A stretch of DNA of 64,000 nt from Octopus bimaculoides. Its lineage: Eukaryota. Shown here piece after piece: positions 1 through 13,857 of the stretch; the stretch's first letter is position 1, and each line of letters begins with the position of its first letter. The DNA is taken from contig NC_068992.1 in the NCBI RefSeq assembly GCF_001194135.2, positions 31,845,661-31,909,660 of the forward strand, given 5' to 3'. The position numbers were made by a program, and so were the translations under genes. Under the pieces are notes generated by a model. The model was given only the letters and a program-made list of their open reading frames with translations. It ran no database searches and was not told the origin of the DNA.

Positions 1-451
1 GGTTCTGTATTTCTAGCAAATCCTGCTGGTTTGTTTGTAGCTTTTAAATATTTAATTTACTCTCGAATTTTCTGGCGTTTTTCACTGTCTTAGCTGTTAA
101 CTTTGCTCGTGTCTAATTTAATGTTTTGACTGTTTTTCTAGCAAATCCTGTTCATTTCTACGTAACTTTTAAATAATTTGTTCGTGAAGGCTTTAATTTT
201 TACCCACTATTTACTCTAGCTAGTTTACTGTTTTAGCATGCCCGTACCTCATGTCCATCGATGATGAAAGAGGCAGCGAACATGCTGATTTCTGATTGGT
301 TAAACATTCTGAAAATTATCACACTTTGTACACCTGTAAAATCTTCGCTGGGCAGAATATACTGTAAAAATAAAAACACAATACTTCTACCCAGCTCAAA
401 AAAAAGCAAATTCGCGCTACCCTGACAGTGTCCTCTGTTCCTTAGTAGGAG

Positions 452-1061
452 CTATGAGCTACTGGGGACCTGAGAATCCACATGTTATGGTGGAATACCA
501 TATTAATTTAACAGGAGTTACAGTGTGGTGTGGCTTATCTTCAAGAGTATTAATTGGACCATTATTTTTTGACGTTACTGTGACTGGTCCCGTTTACATG
601 AACTTGATGCAGCAGTTTTTCATGCCAAGCATTATTAAGATTCTGATGAAGAGGTGGTTTATTATCAACAATATAGGCACCAACACAATACCATCACGAT
701 GATAGATCCTTCCTTTTTGATATCTTGCCAAACAGGTGGATTGAACAAAGGGGTCTCGTTGAATACCATCCGCGTTCACCAGACCTCACACTACTAGAAA
801 TACCTAGAAGACAACAGTCACTGATTTTAGAGCAGTCATTGACCGAGAATAAACACAAATATCAAACGAATTGTTTCGTGATGTTTGCGATTACATTGCT
901 TTTCGCTGTCAGCACTGCCTGCACAATGACTGACGTCAGTTTGAAAACAAGAAAATTAGATTCTGTATATTCTATTAAATTTAGAAAATGAAATGTATTT
1001 TAGTGAACTTCTATTTTATAATTATTTGAAGTGTGTATGTATTTTTAGGGGACACCCTGTA
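452..1061 (+). mobile_element. IS630-Tc1-mariner DNA transposon fragment (decayed DDE transposase C-half plus right TIR)
   Basis: Frames read [32 protein letters not shown] and PNRWIEQRGLVEYHPRSPDLTLLE, matching W.GR.G..W.PRSPDL.PLD; the QQDGA motif is decayed. Ends in GGGACACCCTG-TA (1048-1061), the reverse complement of a TA-CAGGGTGTCCC TIR. No left TIR found. Confidence 0.85.
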
Positions 1062-1515
1062 TATATCAAGGCGTATGGTCTTTAAAATTAACTCTATATT
1101 TTCTTTGTGCATATGGATTTGTTCTCTTTTACTTCCAGGTTTTTTCAAACCCTTCCTATGTATCTTAATTAATGTCTCAGTAGGTGTGTGCTTCTGTTTA
1201 CTATTAATATCTTTCTTGATAACTTTATTAATTTGTTTTCGGTATTTTACGTCATTTGTACTTTCTTGTATTTATGAGGTATACTTTTCCAACAGAATGC
1301 TAAAAATGACATAACCGTGTCCGTACAAAACAAAAACAAACTAGCGATGATCTAGCATTGTTTTTGAGCCTGATCACCTTAAGAGGGATATTAATACAAT
1401 ATATGTGCTATTCAGCAATTACTCACTGATGTTGAAGAGTTGAAATAGTTGTAACGATTTGCAACAAAGCCTGATGATTGTATCTTCTCGTATTAATATT
1501 ATTTAATATTTATAA

Positions 1516-1677
1516 GCATGGAGTGGCTGTGTGGTAAGAGGCTTCTTTAGCACCCACATGGTTCCGGGATCAGTGGCACTGCGTGGCACCTTGGGCAAGT
1601 GTCTTCGACTATAGCCTCGGGCCGATAAAGCCTCGTGAGTGGATTTGGTAGACGGAAACTGAAAGAAGCCTGTCGTG

Positions 1678-1741
<64 letters not shown>

Positions 1742-1960
1742 TGTGTATGTATTTGTTTGTGTCTGTTCGTCCCCCGACCATCGCTTAACGACCGATGGTG
1801 GTATGTTTACGTCCCCGTAACGTAACGGTTCGGCAAAAGAAACCGATAAAATAAGTACTAGGCTTACAAAGAATAAGTCCTATGGTCGATTTGTTCTACT
1901 AATGGCGGTGCTCCGGCATGGCTGCAGTCAAATGACTGAAACAAGTAAAAGAAAAAAGAA
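1516..1960 (+). mobile_element. tRNA-derived SINE family 1 (CORE-like), full-length copy with internal (TA)n(TG)n tract
   Basis: A-box-like TGGCTGTGTGGT, B-box-like GGTTCCGGGATCAGT, CORE-like CACCTTGGGCAAGTGTCTT, dinucleotide tract 1678-1745, tail ...GCAGTCAAATGACTGAAACAAGTAAAAGA. Homologous pieces recur about eight more times in the window. Confidence 0.85.
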
Positions 1961-2459
1961 TGTGCACACACACACACACACACACACACACGCGTGTTGG
2001 TTTTGTGGGTTGGCAGTGAATCCGAGTCTTTAAAAATGCATTAGCTTTAAATTTTTAACATATTTATTAGAATACCAAACATCCTTCCATATTTTCCAAT
2101 GGTAAATACGAAAGGTTGTGGAGAGATTGACGGTATAAACAAAAAATTGGAAAACCATGTTTAAAAGATCAGACGTTCCAATAATCAATACGTTTCACCG
2201 AGATAGACAGTAACACCAGTTCAAGTGTTCGATTGATTACATAACACACATACAGAATGGAAAGTTCAGTAACATTGAGTTATATTACAAATTAAACACG
2301 TTGAAGTTTTAAAATAGTTACAAAAAAGAAAGACACGAAAAAGGATTTCTTTTACCAGATATTTCAATTTATTTTACAAATTTTTTTACAGTGATTTAAG
2401 TTAAAGGTTCAAGTTCTTATTTGTTGTCAATTAAATGAATTAAATTTTCTTTCTCCGCC

Positions 2460-5000
2460 TGTAGTCTCTAGTATTTTGGCAGGCTTACTGCATTAATATA
2501 TCACATGTTTTTCGAATGTTCTGGTTGTATATTTGGTCAGAAGTCCAACGTTTCCCGTGGTTGAAGTTCTTGATTACATCACTTGTGTTGTAAGTGCTTG
2601 CTTTGTTTTTGGCCAGTAGAGATCCAGTGCACTGTGTAGTTGATTTTCTGCATACGCTATTTGCCTTTTTGAAAACATCATGGTAACTTGTTTTTTATGC
2701 GATCGTCCAGCGTTCAGATTGTTTCATTCCTTTATGAAGGCACTGATTTCGGTCAGTTCAATGTTTGTTTGTTTTGATTTTCTGCCCGTCCAGTTCTGAC
2801 CAGACAATATCTGATTGGTTGATACTAGGGTAATGTTAGCTGCTGGTATTTGACAAGGTGCAAGGTGTTATTTTACAAGAATTTACAGTGAAAGTTTTGG
2901 ATCCCAAAGGCAGCCCGTTATTTAGACTTTTAATTTATGTCCACCGTTTCTTGTCGCTTGTTTGTACATAAACAGAGCTTTCTCATTTTCTTGTTATACA
3001 ATATTTAGTTGTGGTTCACGTTTCTTAATAAACATAGATTCCATATTTGGTCGGTATGAGCTGAAGTGCTTCAGGTGCATTGATATAAAGGGAAAATTTG
3101 GTATTTTGGATATTTTGTATGTTTATGCTCATCCTGATATTTCACATGAGTCTGATGTTTGTATACCGTCGTTCTCTTCTGATATTTAACAAGAGTTTGA
3201 TTCCTGTATACCATCGTTCACTTCTTCATAGTCAAATTCGACCTATTTAATCACCACCACATCTGAGAACATAAATTATGTTCCTCGCTGATCAGTTGAA
3301 GTGATTTTATGGTGAATATTTGACCTGTCTTGAAGTCATATGTTGAAATTGTTTAGTTTGTGAAGTTTCTTCAAATTATGATGGTTCATTTATTTTACTG
3401 CTGGGGTTGTATTGTCGAAGCGTAAGTTGGCGTTAGTAGATATCCATTTTAGTGATTTCGGTTTTTCGGTTGTCTGTTATTTTTAAGAATTTTATCTTTC
3501 GAATGCTTTTTTCATGCGCAGACCATTCATCAACAGGTCTGTATTCAAATGGATAATGTAGTATGGTTCCATATGTCTTGGATTGTTTGTTGATACATAA
3601 TGTAGATATTTAAATCGATTATGGCTTTCCTAGCTTCCCGTAATTTGTGGTGTCTATTATTTTGGCGCGTTCTGTTTCGTTATTTAGAAAACTGACTGTC
3701 TTTCTAGTCATATATTTTTATGTCCTTGGAGACGTTTTTCCTGTTTCGAGATTGGATACAGCAGTGCAAATGATTGTTACCAGGTTAAAAAAATATTGAT
3801 TTAAGTGCGCTTTAAATCGCGGGTAAAGAATAGCAGATATTATTTTGAGTTTGTTGCTTTAAAGTATATGTCGGGTCTCAATGCCAGTATCTTTTAATAT
3901 GATACGCATGTCCAAAAAATGATGGTGCGCTTGAGAATTTCATTGTTAATTGGATACTCCAAGAGATTGTGCAACCAGAGAATGAAGCAGTCGGCGAGTA
4001 ATTAGTATGAAAGTTATCGTCAGATTTCAGTCTGACGTGTTCATATATTTGGAATTGTAATTGTCATGACAAGCTTCGCAGAAGTGGGGAATACAGTGGC
4101 TCCAAATGCAGTCTCGTATATTTGTCTGTAGGCGCTGTCCTTTATTTTCAAGGCTGAACTTTAATCCTTCAATGATATACACTTACCCAGTTCTGTCAAG
4201 TATGTCATTTGGAATGTTTTCCAGCAAGGAGTCAATAGATTGTTTTCTCTATTTGTATGGAATCGAGGTGTGGAGATTTATTCGAATGGGACAAAAAGAG
4301 TGTCCATAGTTGTTTTATCATGGGGGATGGTTCGTACAAAGCTCAATATATGTTTAGGAATGGGTTTTATAAGTACTTCAGTAAAGTTATTAAATTTGTG
4401 TCTCACAGGACGGACCTGCCGCAATTTTCCGCATTTTGAAATCTTCTGGATATGTAATAGTAATAGCCAATTAAGTTAATCTGCCACATGCATCATTTAT
4501 TTATGTCTTCACTCTTGTGTATTTTGTGAAATCCGCAAAAGTTGTTACTTTTGCCGTCAAATTTGTTCGGTAGTGCATTTCCTCCCCACTTAAATACATA
4601 TTTGGAACTGTTGGGTAAGGATAAACAGCTTTTTCAGTATTTTGCATTGTAGGTAATCGTTATTTTCTCTTAAGAGTTGTCACAAATAAGAGTTAGTGCA
4701 GTGTTTATGTACTGTTCCAAGCATTTAATGATTACAGCACGACTATTATCAGTTTCTTTGATAAATGTATTCTGATTATCCTTGAAATCATTGATGATTT
4801 ACCATTTTTTTCATTCATAGATGGTTTAAAATTTGAGATGTATTAGTAAATTAAAGGGAAATTGGTAAGAAAATCAGAAGATTTGTCCGAAGCTGGACTG
4901 TTCTCTTTTGTTGGACGGTAACTGCTTTTTTTATGAACCATTAAATGATCAGTGATTTATTTGTCAAATATTTCTCCAATTACGTTTCGTTTTCCTCAAG
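2460..5000 (-). mobile_element. Penelope-like element 1 (RT + GIY-YIG), heavily decayed
   Basis: Minus-strand motifs in PLE order: IKETDNSRAVII (~4730-4770), NLHTSIPYK (4252-4278), YRQIYETAFGATVFPTSAKLVM (4065-4130), LADCFILW (3975-3998, YLDD site), FLDM (3907-3918), NLVTIICTAVS, NIIYVLRCGG (3253-3282), ESMFIKKREPQLN (~3003-3045). Many stops and frameshifts. Left boundary approximate. Confidence 0.85.
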
Positions 5001-5489
5001 CTTTCTGGATATCGTTAAGTATATCATTTATGTCGGAATGTGTTTGTGTTTGGGTGAATTGTAATCTTGAGTTTTATGAGTAATGTATAACCTTCGAAAT
5101 CTTACATAGACTCAGTCTGTGCCATCGAGTGTCATAGGTTCCATTAATTATATCTGAACAATGTTTTCCAGCACAATTACGATCGATATTTTCCCTCTGC
5201 AACCGTAATACTCTCGTTGTCATTCCTGTCCGATGTTCAATTATTCAGATATATCATTGAATTTTTCTTCGGCTTCCATTTAGATATACAACCTACTAGA
5301 AAATTGTCATATTACAATTTTCCAGTAGGGGTTTAACTTTTCTCTAGAAGTGAATCCACTCTATCTACTACAACGAGTGTCAACATCAACTGATGTCCAA
5401 GTAAGAAAACCCTCGTTACTTGCCATGTTTCTGCTTTTATTTCTGCGTCTCCCTCACAGCCTGCAATTTTGGGAGAGTGTTAAGTCCAT

Positions 5490-5612
5490 TACATCGACCC
5501 CTGTGCTGAAATGCTACTTATTTTTTGGACCCCAAAAGGATGAATGACAAAGTCGACCGAAGTGGAATTTAAATTCCGGACGTAAAAAATGCCACTATGC
5601 ATTTTGCTCGGT
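5490..5612 (-). mobile_element. tRNA-derived SINE family 3, partial
   Basis: GACCCCAAAAGGATGAATGACAAAGTCGACCGAAGTGGAATTTAAA...GCATTTTGCTCGG; aligns by eye with 59357-59512 and with the reverse complement of 9540-9672. Confidence 0.75.
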
Positions 5613-5615
5613 GTT

Positions 5616-5634
5616 GATGACGACGACGACGATG

Positions 5635-5666
<32 letters not shown>

Positions 5667-5715
5667 GATGATGATGCTGATGATGACGATGACGATGACG
5701 ATGATGATGATGACG
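5616..5715. repeat. (GAT/GAC)n microsatellite
   Basis: Directly visible trinucleotide tract. Confidence 0.97.
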
Positions 5716-6281
5716 GTACTCCCGTCGATTAGGTATGAGTGTTTGAAGGAAAGAGGTACAAAATGATTACAAATAAAAGACGCTACATCTATTTGCAAAG
5801 GATGTGGAAAATGCTTTTTATGTCTAGGTATGAATTATGCTATGAACACATAATCGAGATAATGATAATTTCGATTTTGCCTGATATTGGATAAATGTGT
5901 ACGTTGACAGTAGTATACAAGTCTCTCATTTTTCTGTTTCTTCAGTTGAAAGTGTTTAGATTCAGCATGAGATAGAATACGCTACACTGATCGATCTAGG
6001 TATTAAACTTCCCAAGATGTGAAATTAAGCTGTAGGTATTTTAGTGACTGTTTCAAACTACTCTTATATTTCCGGATCAGCCTTCGTTTACCGCGAAATC
6101 ACTCTATTTGGTAGCGAAACAAAAGAATTTTCGCAATGAGATCACCTTGCATTCGAACCTGTCCTGACCATCTGAATTGCATTCTGCACAGCAGGCTTTC
6201 AATACTTGAGACATCACATCTTTCTAAATTTTGACATTCGATGTTTTATATTATCATTTTATTTTGCAGATACCGTATCTT

Positions 6282-6430
<149 letters not shown>

Positions 6431-7223
6431 GCCATAAGAATGAAACCGTTTCTTTGATTCCGAGAAGGGCAACAGATGGGGACATTACATTACGAATATA
6501 GAAAATGCTTGTAGTTTACAAAAAAATCACGTATTAACAATCATAAAAAACATTGCAAATTGATATAAAATTGAAACATAATAATAACATGTATAAGAAC
6601 AAGAAGATTGTTACTTGTATATTTTCTAGTCTATTACTTCTTACTTTTATGTCGTTTAAAGAGAAAGTAAACATGTCATTTTCAAACATAAATAGACATT
6701 TTTTTCTTATTCGGACGAATAGTTTGCTTTGAATAATGAAGCCATACGCCTGGCTAGACCAGTAGTCTATGCAAAAGAACGATAGAAAATAAGACAGAAG
6801 CCTATATAGTCGTTTAATATTTACATATTCACTTCTAACTCTGGTTGTTTTTTAATGATACTGGCGGCTAGAAGAGGAAATAAGAATTATATTACATTAT
6901 AATTCCTAACATACTTACATTATTGCTGTTATTGTGCTGTTTGTGTACAAGTACTACTACAGAGGAAAAAAAAGTATTTACATACGTGTGTGTACGGTTG
7001 GTGTATCCGGTTATCGTTTGATGCCGTTCTTTCGTTTATTTTTTCTTTGCCTGTCAAGATTACACCTCAAATTTCTTTGGGATTCCTGTGATGCCAAAGT
7101 AACTTCTAAAATGTCCGACATCCTTACTTGCACAAAGGAAATTATACATATACGTAATTACAACCCATTACCTTTATTTGTGCTTGTGTGTTTAAGAGGC
7201 ACATGCAGACATATTACAAGAAT

Positions 7224-7257
<34 letters not shown>

Positions 7258-7580
7258 TATTGTCTATCTATCTATCGATTTATATGTGTATGTATGTACA
7301 TCTATATATATATAAAAGTAGAAAGACTGATAATGCAGTAAGAGACAAGAACAGTCATCTGAAACCGATACCATTTGATTTATGTGATATATGACTAGAG
7401 AATACTGGTTATAATATTCCAAATTATTCCGTGAAATATCCCAATGAAATGGTGAATTAAGGTAGCCATTTGTGCTTGGAACTCATTCTACATGCCTCTT
7501 GTATAAGAATCTTTTATTAGTGTCAGTCATTAGTCTGGCGCCATGCTAATTACTCTGCCTAAATAGTACGTCTATCATAT

Positions 7581-7910
7581 ATTCTATCGGTTTCTTTTAC
7601 GGGCATGTGACCAAACCAAGGTAGGTTTTGAAGTATTGGAATCCCGTAAACAGAAAGACACACACGCGCACACACATACACTTACACATGCACACACATA
7701 CACTTACACATGCACACACATACACTTACACATGCACAATCATACACTTACACATGCACACACAGACACACAACACACACACACACACAGAGACAGACAC
7801 ACGAGCACACACACACACACACACACACACACATGCAAATCCTCCACTAGGCCGGAAGCTATAGAAGAAAGCTCCTGACATTAAACTGAAGCCGGAACCA
7901 TGTGGTTTTC
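7581..7910 (-). mobile_element. SINE family 1, decayed copy with CA-rich internal minisatellite
   Basis: ATTCTATCGGTTTCTTTT (tail) at 7581 and CCGGAACCATGTGG (head) at ~7892-7905 flank CA-rich repeats with a ~20-bp unit, CACACATACACTTACACATG. Confidence 0.65.
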
Positions 7911-9030
7911 ACGTAGGCATAGCTGAAGAAAGATAGAATGAATATCACAGGTGAAGCACTGATAAACAAAGAAAATACATTCATACAAAAATATAAACCA
8001 AGACTTAAACATTAACAGAGAACATGTACAAATAACTATCACACACAAGGCTCATTCTGCTACTTAACATGAGAAATCTACACAACTAACAACCCAAATT
8101 TTAGGCACTGGATTACATACAAACCAACTCCTGCCTACTCTTTCAGCTGGTAGATTAAATTTAGAGTGCCTTGACATCGACAGTGTCGACCTTAATGTTT
8201 GGTGCAAAATAAACTGCCACGTGAGAGTAACGTACGAAAGCAGCAGGAAACGTACAAAAGTTTCTAAAATTAATCACGTTATCACTTTCTACAACACTTG
8301 ACAGAAAGCATTCAGAGCTTTGATTGTTTCGTACTGTCGCTAGTCATATTCCTTCAACCGTGTCAGCCTTAACTTACGATGCCAAAGATTGTCACACAAT
8401 ATTAACACACGGAGATAGCAGGGATTCTACAAGAATTTCTAAGAACTGTCATGTGACTATCCTCTATCAATCAAGTCCTATCCAGAACATACTAATTTGA
8501 GTCATATATTACCTATAAAAATAGGTCAAGCTTCAAACGCTATTCAGAAGCAACACAGCTGCAGCATAACCAAGTCTGCCTCAACTTTTCAATATCAGTG
8601 TAAACTGTGGAAACGCTTAAATCTTTAAATATAATATTTTTTATTAACAATCCTCAGTGCATTTTCAACTTCTCTCTTTTCTATGTCTAGCCATGTGGAA
8701 TAAAACAACTTTGTTTTATATACATACATAGATACATATACATACATACATACATACANNNNNNNNNNNNNNNNNNNNNNNNNNNNNNNNNNNNNNNNNN
8801 NNNNNNNNNNNNNNNNNNNNNNNNNNNNNNNNNNNNNNNNNNNNNNNNNNNNNNNNNNNNNNNNNNNNNNNNNNNNNNNNNNNNNNNNNNNNNNNNNNNN
8901 NNNNNNNNNNNNNNNNNNNNNNNNNNNNNNNNNNNNNNNNNNNNNNNNNNNNNNNNNNNNNNNNNNNNNNNNNNNNNNNNNNNNNNNNNNNNNNNNNNNN
9001 NNNNNNNNNNNNNNNNNNNNNNNNNNNNNN

Positions 9031-9068
<38 letters not shown>

Positions 9069-9539
9069 AATATATATAAAGAGGGGAGGAAACAGCAACA
9101 CATATCTATACACACATATAAACATATTTATTTTCATATACATTGATAACATTTGCGTCTCCCGATGTTATATAACTGAGAGTTTATATGCATGTGATTT
9201 CCTTTGCTTTCAAAGTCATGGAATTACTCCAACATGTATAAACATATGGTTCCAATGAATGTCAAGAAGATTCTAATCATGTGCTTAAATTAGAAATGAT
9301 GAGCGTTATGAATGGCATAGTAATTATCCTCTATCATTTGTCTTCAAAGAGGTTAATTTTTTCTGTTTTCGACCGCTGTAGCTGGACTCATAAATTTCGG
9401 GATTCATCCCGATTTATCCACGAAGATTGCATGCCCAATTGTTTCAGATGCATTCTGATAGAATTGCAGGAATAACAACATATGCATATGGTATCGGTTT
9501 TGCTTAAATAGTTTATTAAACTGACAATATATTTATCAA

Positions 9540-9672
9540 GATGAACAAAATGCTTCGGTGCATTTCGTTCTACTGTACGATCAAATTTCGAATCCCACCG
9601 AGGTGGATTTTGCCTTTAATATTTTCAGGATTGTTTAAATATGCACCAGTTAAGCATTGGGTTCGATGTATA
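9540..9672 (+). mobile_element. SINE family 3, partial
   Basis: CAAAATGCTTCGGTGCATTTCGT...TTCGAATCCCACCGAGGTGGATTTTGCCTTT...GCATTGGGTTCGATGTA; B-box-like TTCGAATCC. Confidence 0.7.
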
Positions 9673-10235
9673 CGACTGGACACACTCGCCAAAATTTCAG
9701 AACTTCTTCCTATAGCAGCAAGGATTATTGTAATTCATTACACACTATGTATATATGATTCTTGATTTTTTTTGTTTCTTCTTCCAAACATCAAATTATG
9801 CATTCGGCAATGGCGAATCGTAAATATGTTTGGAAGGAAAAGCACTAATTGCAAATAGGTTTGGCAGTGACAGGACTAATTACAAATAGGTTTTCCTTGT
9901 CTAATTAAATCAGAATAACTAGTCCATGTTCGACATGCCTGGAGAAAAGAAAGACGCGAAAGAAATCTCTATAAAAGATGACCCAACATATAATTGTTTT
10001 CCTTTTGTTTGGTTACGGAAAGAAATAATCTTACTGAATTTGATAAACGTCGTAAAATTAAAGATTATTATTACTGAAATTTCACTAGCGCTTTTAACCA
10101 AAAGCAGATGAAAATTAAACAATTTTTTTTTTCTGGAGAATTATTTGCAAACAAGTTTAGACATATTGAAATAGCAATATTAAAATGCCTGTTTTGTAAG
10201 ATGTTTGTTTTCTATTACTAAATGAGAAGATATCC

Positions 10236-10241
10236 TCTCTC

Positions 10242-10281
<40 letters not shown>
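10236..10281. repeat. (CT)n microsatellite
   Basis: Directly visible. Confidence 0.98.
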
Positions 10282-10303
<22 letters not shown>

Positions 10304-11381
10304 GCTCTTTCTACATAAAAAGGGGAAAATGAGTAGATGTAATAAATAAGTAAGATTTGATTTTTCATTATTCTTTCCCTGACTATCTGAAAACCTTTGT
10401 ATAGTGAGTATTGCATCATCATTCCGTACACTTGTATCATCTGTGATAGGAGAATTGGTGACCAGAGTTCTTGAAAATGAAAGGATTTGAAAGACTGTGC
10501 TCAAGAGATTTTCCCTGATAGAATTTGAAGTCGCTAATAAAATATTTTGATATCCTTTGGTGGCTAGCAATTAAAACGCTTTGCGCTGTTGGATTCGACG
10601 TAATATTTAATCTGACAATTTTCTATTTTCAAAAATTGCATATGAATTGACGCAAAATGCGTAAAAACTGACTTCAATAACCTCGATATTTTAACCACAT
10701 GATGCATGAATATATCAGGGAGAGAGCTATTCCAGCAGCTCTTGAAAAAAAAAAAGAAAAAAAGACCACAGAGAATATTGTATGTTGAGAATTTGGATTT
10801 AATCGTGTTTTGTTAGTTGTATATCAAGTGACACATTTCTATTAAGTCTTTTCTTTACACATACATATTTTATAAGTTTGTTGCATCTCGAAATTTCTGA
10901 AGTCTAAAGATGTGTATCGATGTGTAAAAGTCTTTTCCAAATAGAAAAACTACCATACTGCGTCTTACTCAATTTATCCTGTCTAAATTTGTATTTTTTA
11001 TATACAAACAGAACGGACATCATTTTCGGAAATAGTATTCTGAATATGTAATAGTGTTTTTAATGTATTTAGAGATCATTTGCTTAGCTGATGTAGTTTT
11101 TTAATGTAGTGAATATTTGTGAAAAGTATTTTTTCACAAATTCAAAAATACAGTATATATTACTTCTAGTGCCCGCTATGTGTGTGTATGTGTGTGTGCG
11201 TGTGTGTATCTTTGTCATCATTCTTTAATTTAACATAAGCATATTTCCAAATCATCATTCATTAATACCGCATATTAAGAAATATATAAATCCAATAGTT
11301 ATTGAACCAATGTAATAAGTCTTCTACTAATCTTACTCTTATGCAACTCCACTTTGAATATATCTGTCTATTGCACAGATG

Positions 11382-11421
<40 letters not shown>

Positions 11422-13857
11422 NNNNNNNNNNNNNNNNNNNNNNNNNNNNNNNNNNNNNNTATATATACATCTGTGCAATAGACAGATATATTCAAAGTGG
11501 AGTTGCATAAGAGTAAGATTAGTAGAAGACTTATTACATTGGTTCAACTCCGTTATATAATAAAATAGAGGGTATTTCCACGTCGGAAGAAATATAGGCA
11601 AACGTGTTTTTGATAATGTACCTATACTTGAAAACATTGGTATTGTTTAAAATAAATTTATTTACATATATTCAAAATTATTTTCAACAATATTTTTTGC
11701 TTATATCGATGGTAAAAATTTAGAACTATTAATTTGTAGAACTTGTTTAAAAGTTTAAATGTTCATAACAGACACATTTAGAATTATGAATTTTAAAAAC
11801 ATGTTTATAAGTTTCAATTTTTACAAATTCATATGTTCATAGCAGTCAATAATATAGAAAACCGTGCATCAATTCATAATTCAAAATTTTTACAATTTGA
11901 TAAACAAAAACTATATTGTTGAAACTAGATTGGTATATATCTAAATAAATCTAATTTAAACAATTACGGACCCATGTGTTTGGCTAAGTAACCGCAATTT
12001 TTGTAACTGTAAATATCAAAGAACATAGCACACGTAACATCTACGAAGTCGTAAGATATCCTGTAGTATTAACTCTGTGGCCGACAATTTGTTGTCCTGT
12101 TAAATATCATGGGATAAGTAGTTACTGCGTTAAGAATTAAAGTAATGTAATTCTTTTGTATATACTTCATGAATATACAACATGCATTACCACATACAGT
12201 ATACGTAACCATATCATTTTTATCAACAATGCTCATGAATTAATTACAAATTCATTCAGGAATTTTCATGCTTTCTTAATTTCAATATAATCATTTCATT
12301 AGCTTAGATGACCAACTGAACATTCTTTATATTGAACCATATTTTCGTACTATGATATATCTTTTAATTATAACCTATATGTTTTCCATAGATTTCATTT
12401 ACTTCTTATTTCAATTTTTGAGAAATCCAGTGAAATGTCGGATGCTGAGGATGACATAAAACAATTTTATATTTAAACACTAACACTGTATTTTATTAAT
12501 AACTTTCATGTTCTTTGTTAAGTATACACTAGCATCAACAGGAATGGGCTTCAATATTTATACTTGTAGGCATATTGCGTTTCTGTAGAAATAAGCTGGA
12601 AACCTAAACTAAATTAGTAATATGCAGCTACATGCTTATTGAATAATATTTTTTTAGAAATGTTAAAATAGTGGCGTTTGAATTTCTATGACGAGAAATG
12701 GCCATTATATTATCTGCATTGATAAGCATTTCTCTTTATACTCACTTAATTTCACAAGAACATTAGTTGTAATCAACGCATTTATCAAACCTACAAGTGG
12801 CAATAGCCTTCATTCTAATTTCAATATTATGTATACATTTTATTTATTTTTGTGAGTTACTGTTATCTTTCAAATCAATCAGAGTAAACATTCAAAGATT
12901 GGCGCAGGGATTGGATTCAAAACATGTCCACTTATTGAACTATGCTCAACGTAAGTTACATCTTTTATCACCATTGCATTTACCTGTTATTTAGTGCTTG
13001 GAACGAAAGATGTGCAATAGCTTTCAGATTACGGCTATTAGTACATGTCTAGCATTGTAAATGCTGGGAAAAGTGCAAAACACTAAACGCTATCACATGT
13101 ATAGCCATGGAAAATAAAACTTTCTCGTATGATGGGCAAAGCAAGAGAGGCAATGCTTCGTCACGGATTTAATAAATGTTATTCTGCCAATCTCAAGAAC
13201 GTTCACAAGTTGCAAACGTATTTGAGGAAAGTGTAACAGCTGAAGCTCATTAATATAGCAACAAGAAATAAACCAATTACCTAAACATGTCAAAATATAA
13301 ATATGAGAAAAAAAATTCTCGTTAACACTCAATTTCCAACTAATTTTTTATTCATGTCGACTAACCACTATAAAACAGTCTGCTATTCCACATTCACTGA
13401 TTTTAAATATCTATAAATATATGCATATTTGGAAAACTAAAGAATTAGAGCATCTGTATATAAACAGCGTATCGGTACACAAATGAAATTATTTTTTCAG
13501 GATAACATTTGCGGAAAAGAAAGAAAATATATAGGACTAGCAAGTATTAGAGACTGTGAGTGTAGACCGATTAATGTATCAGAGAAACTATTCCAAAAGT
13601 CGACACTATACAGGCGAGTCCTTGCACACGCGTACGCGTGTATATTCATTTATGCACATGCACATATATGTATTTATCACAATTGAAGAAGGTTTTTCTT
13701 ACGAACATTTCTGAGGATGTACATCCACAGATATTTATATATGTGTATATATATGTGGATGTTTGTGAGTGCGTCTGAGCATTACGCTATATCCTTATAA
13801 GATATGTACAGGGATATATCCGAAAACACTGACATGCACACAAGTTTTTTTTTTTTT

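Noticed and set aside
5780-5850. ICKGCGKCF zinc-finger-like peptide
   Set aside because: No His pair follows, a stop comes soon after, and there is no usable exon frame.
5923-6035. Strong plus-strand acceptor at 5945
   Set aside because: All three frames close within a few codons; a non-coding exon cannot be assessed.
7059-7153. Isolated exon-like segment (LHLKFLWDSCDAKVTSKMSDILTCTKEIIHI)
   Set aside because: No recognisable family or supporting neighbours; such segments arise by chance.
9876-10611. Minus-strand exon-like pieces (ACRTWTSYSDLIRQGKPICN*; LNITSNPTAQSVLIASH..)
   Set aside because: Both end in stops, the 10611 acceptor is purine-rich, and no homology was recognised.
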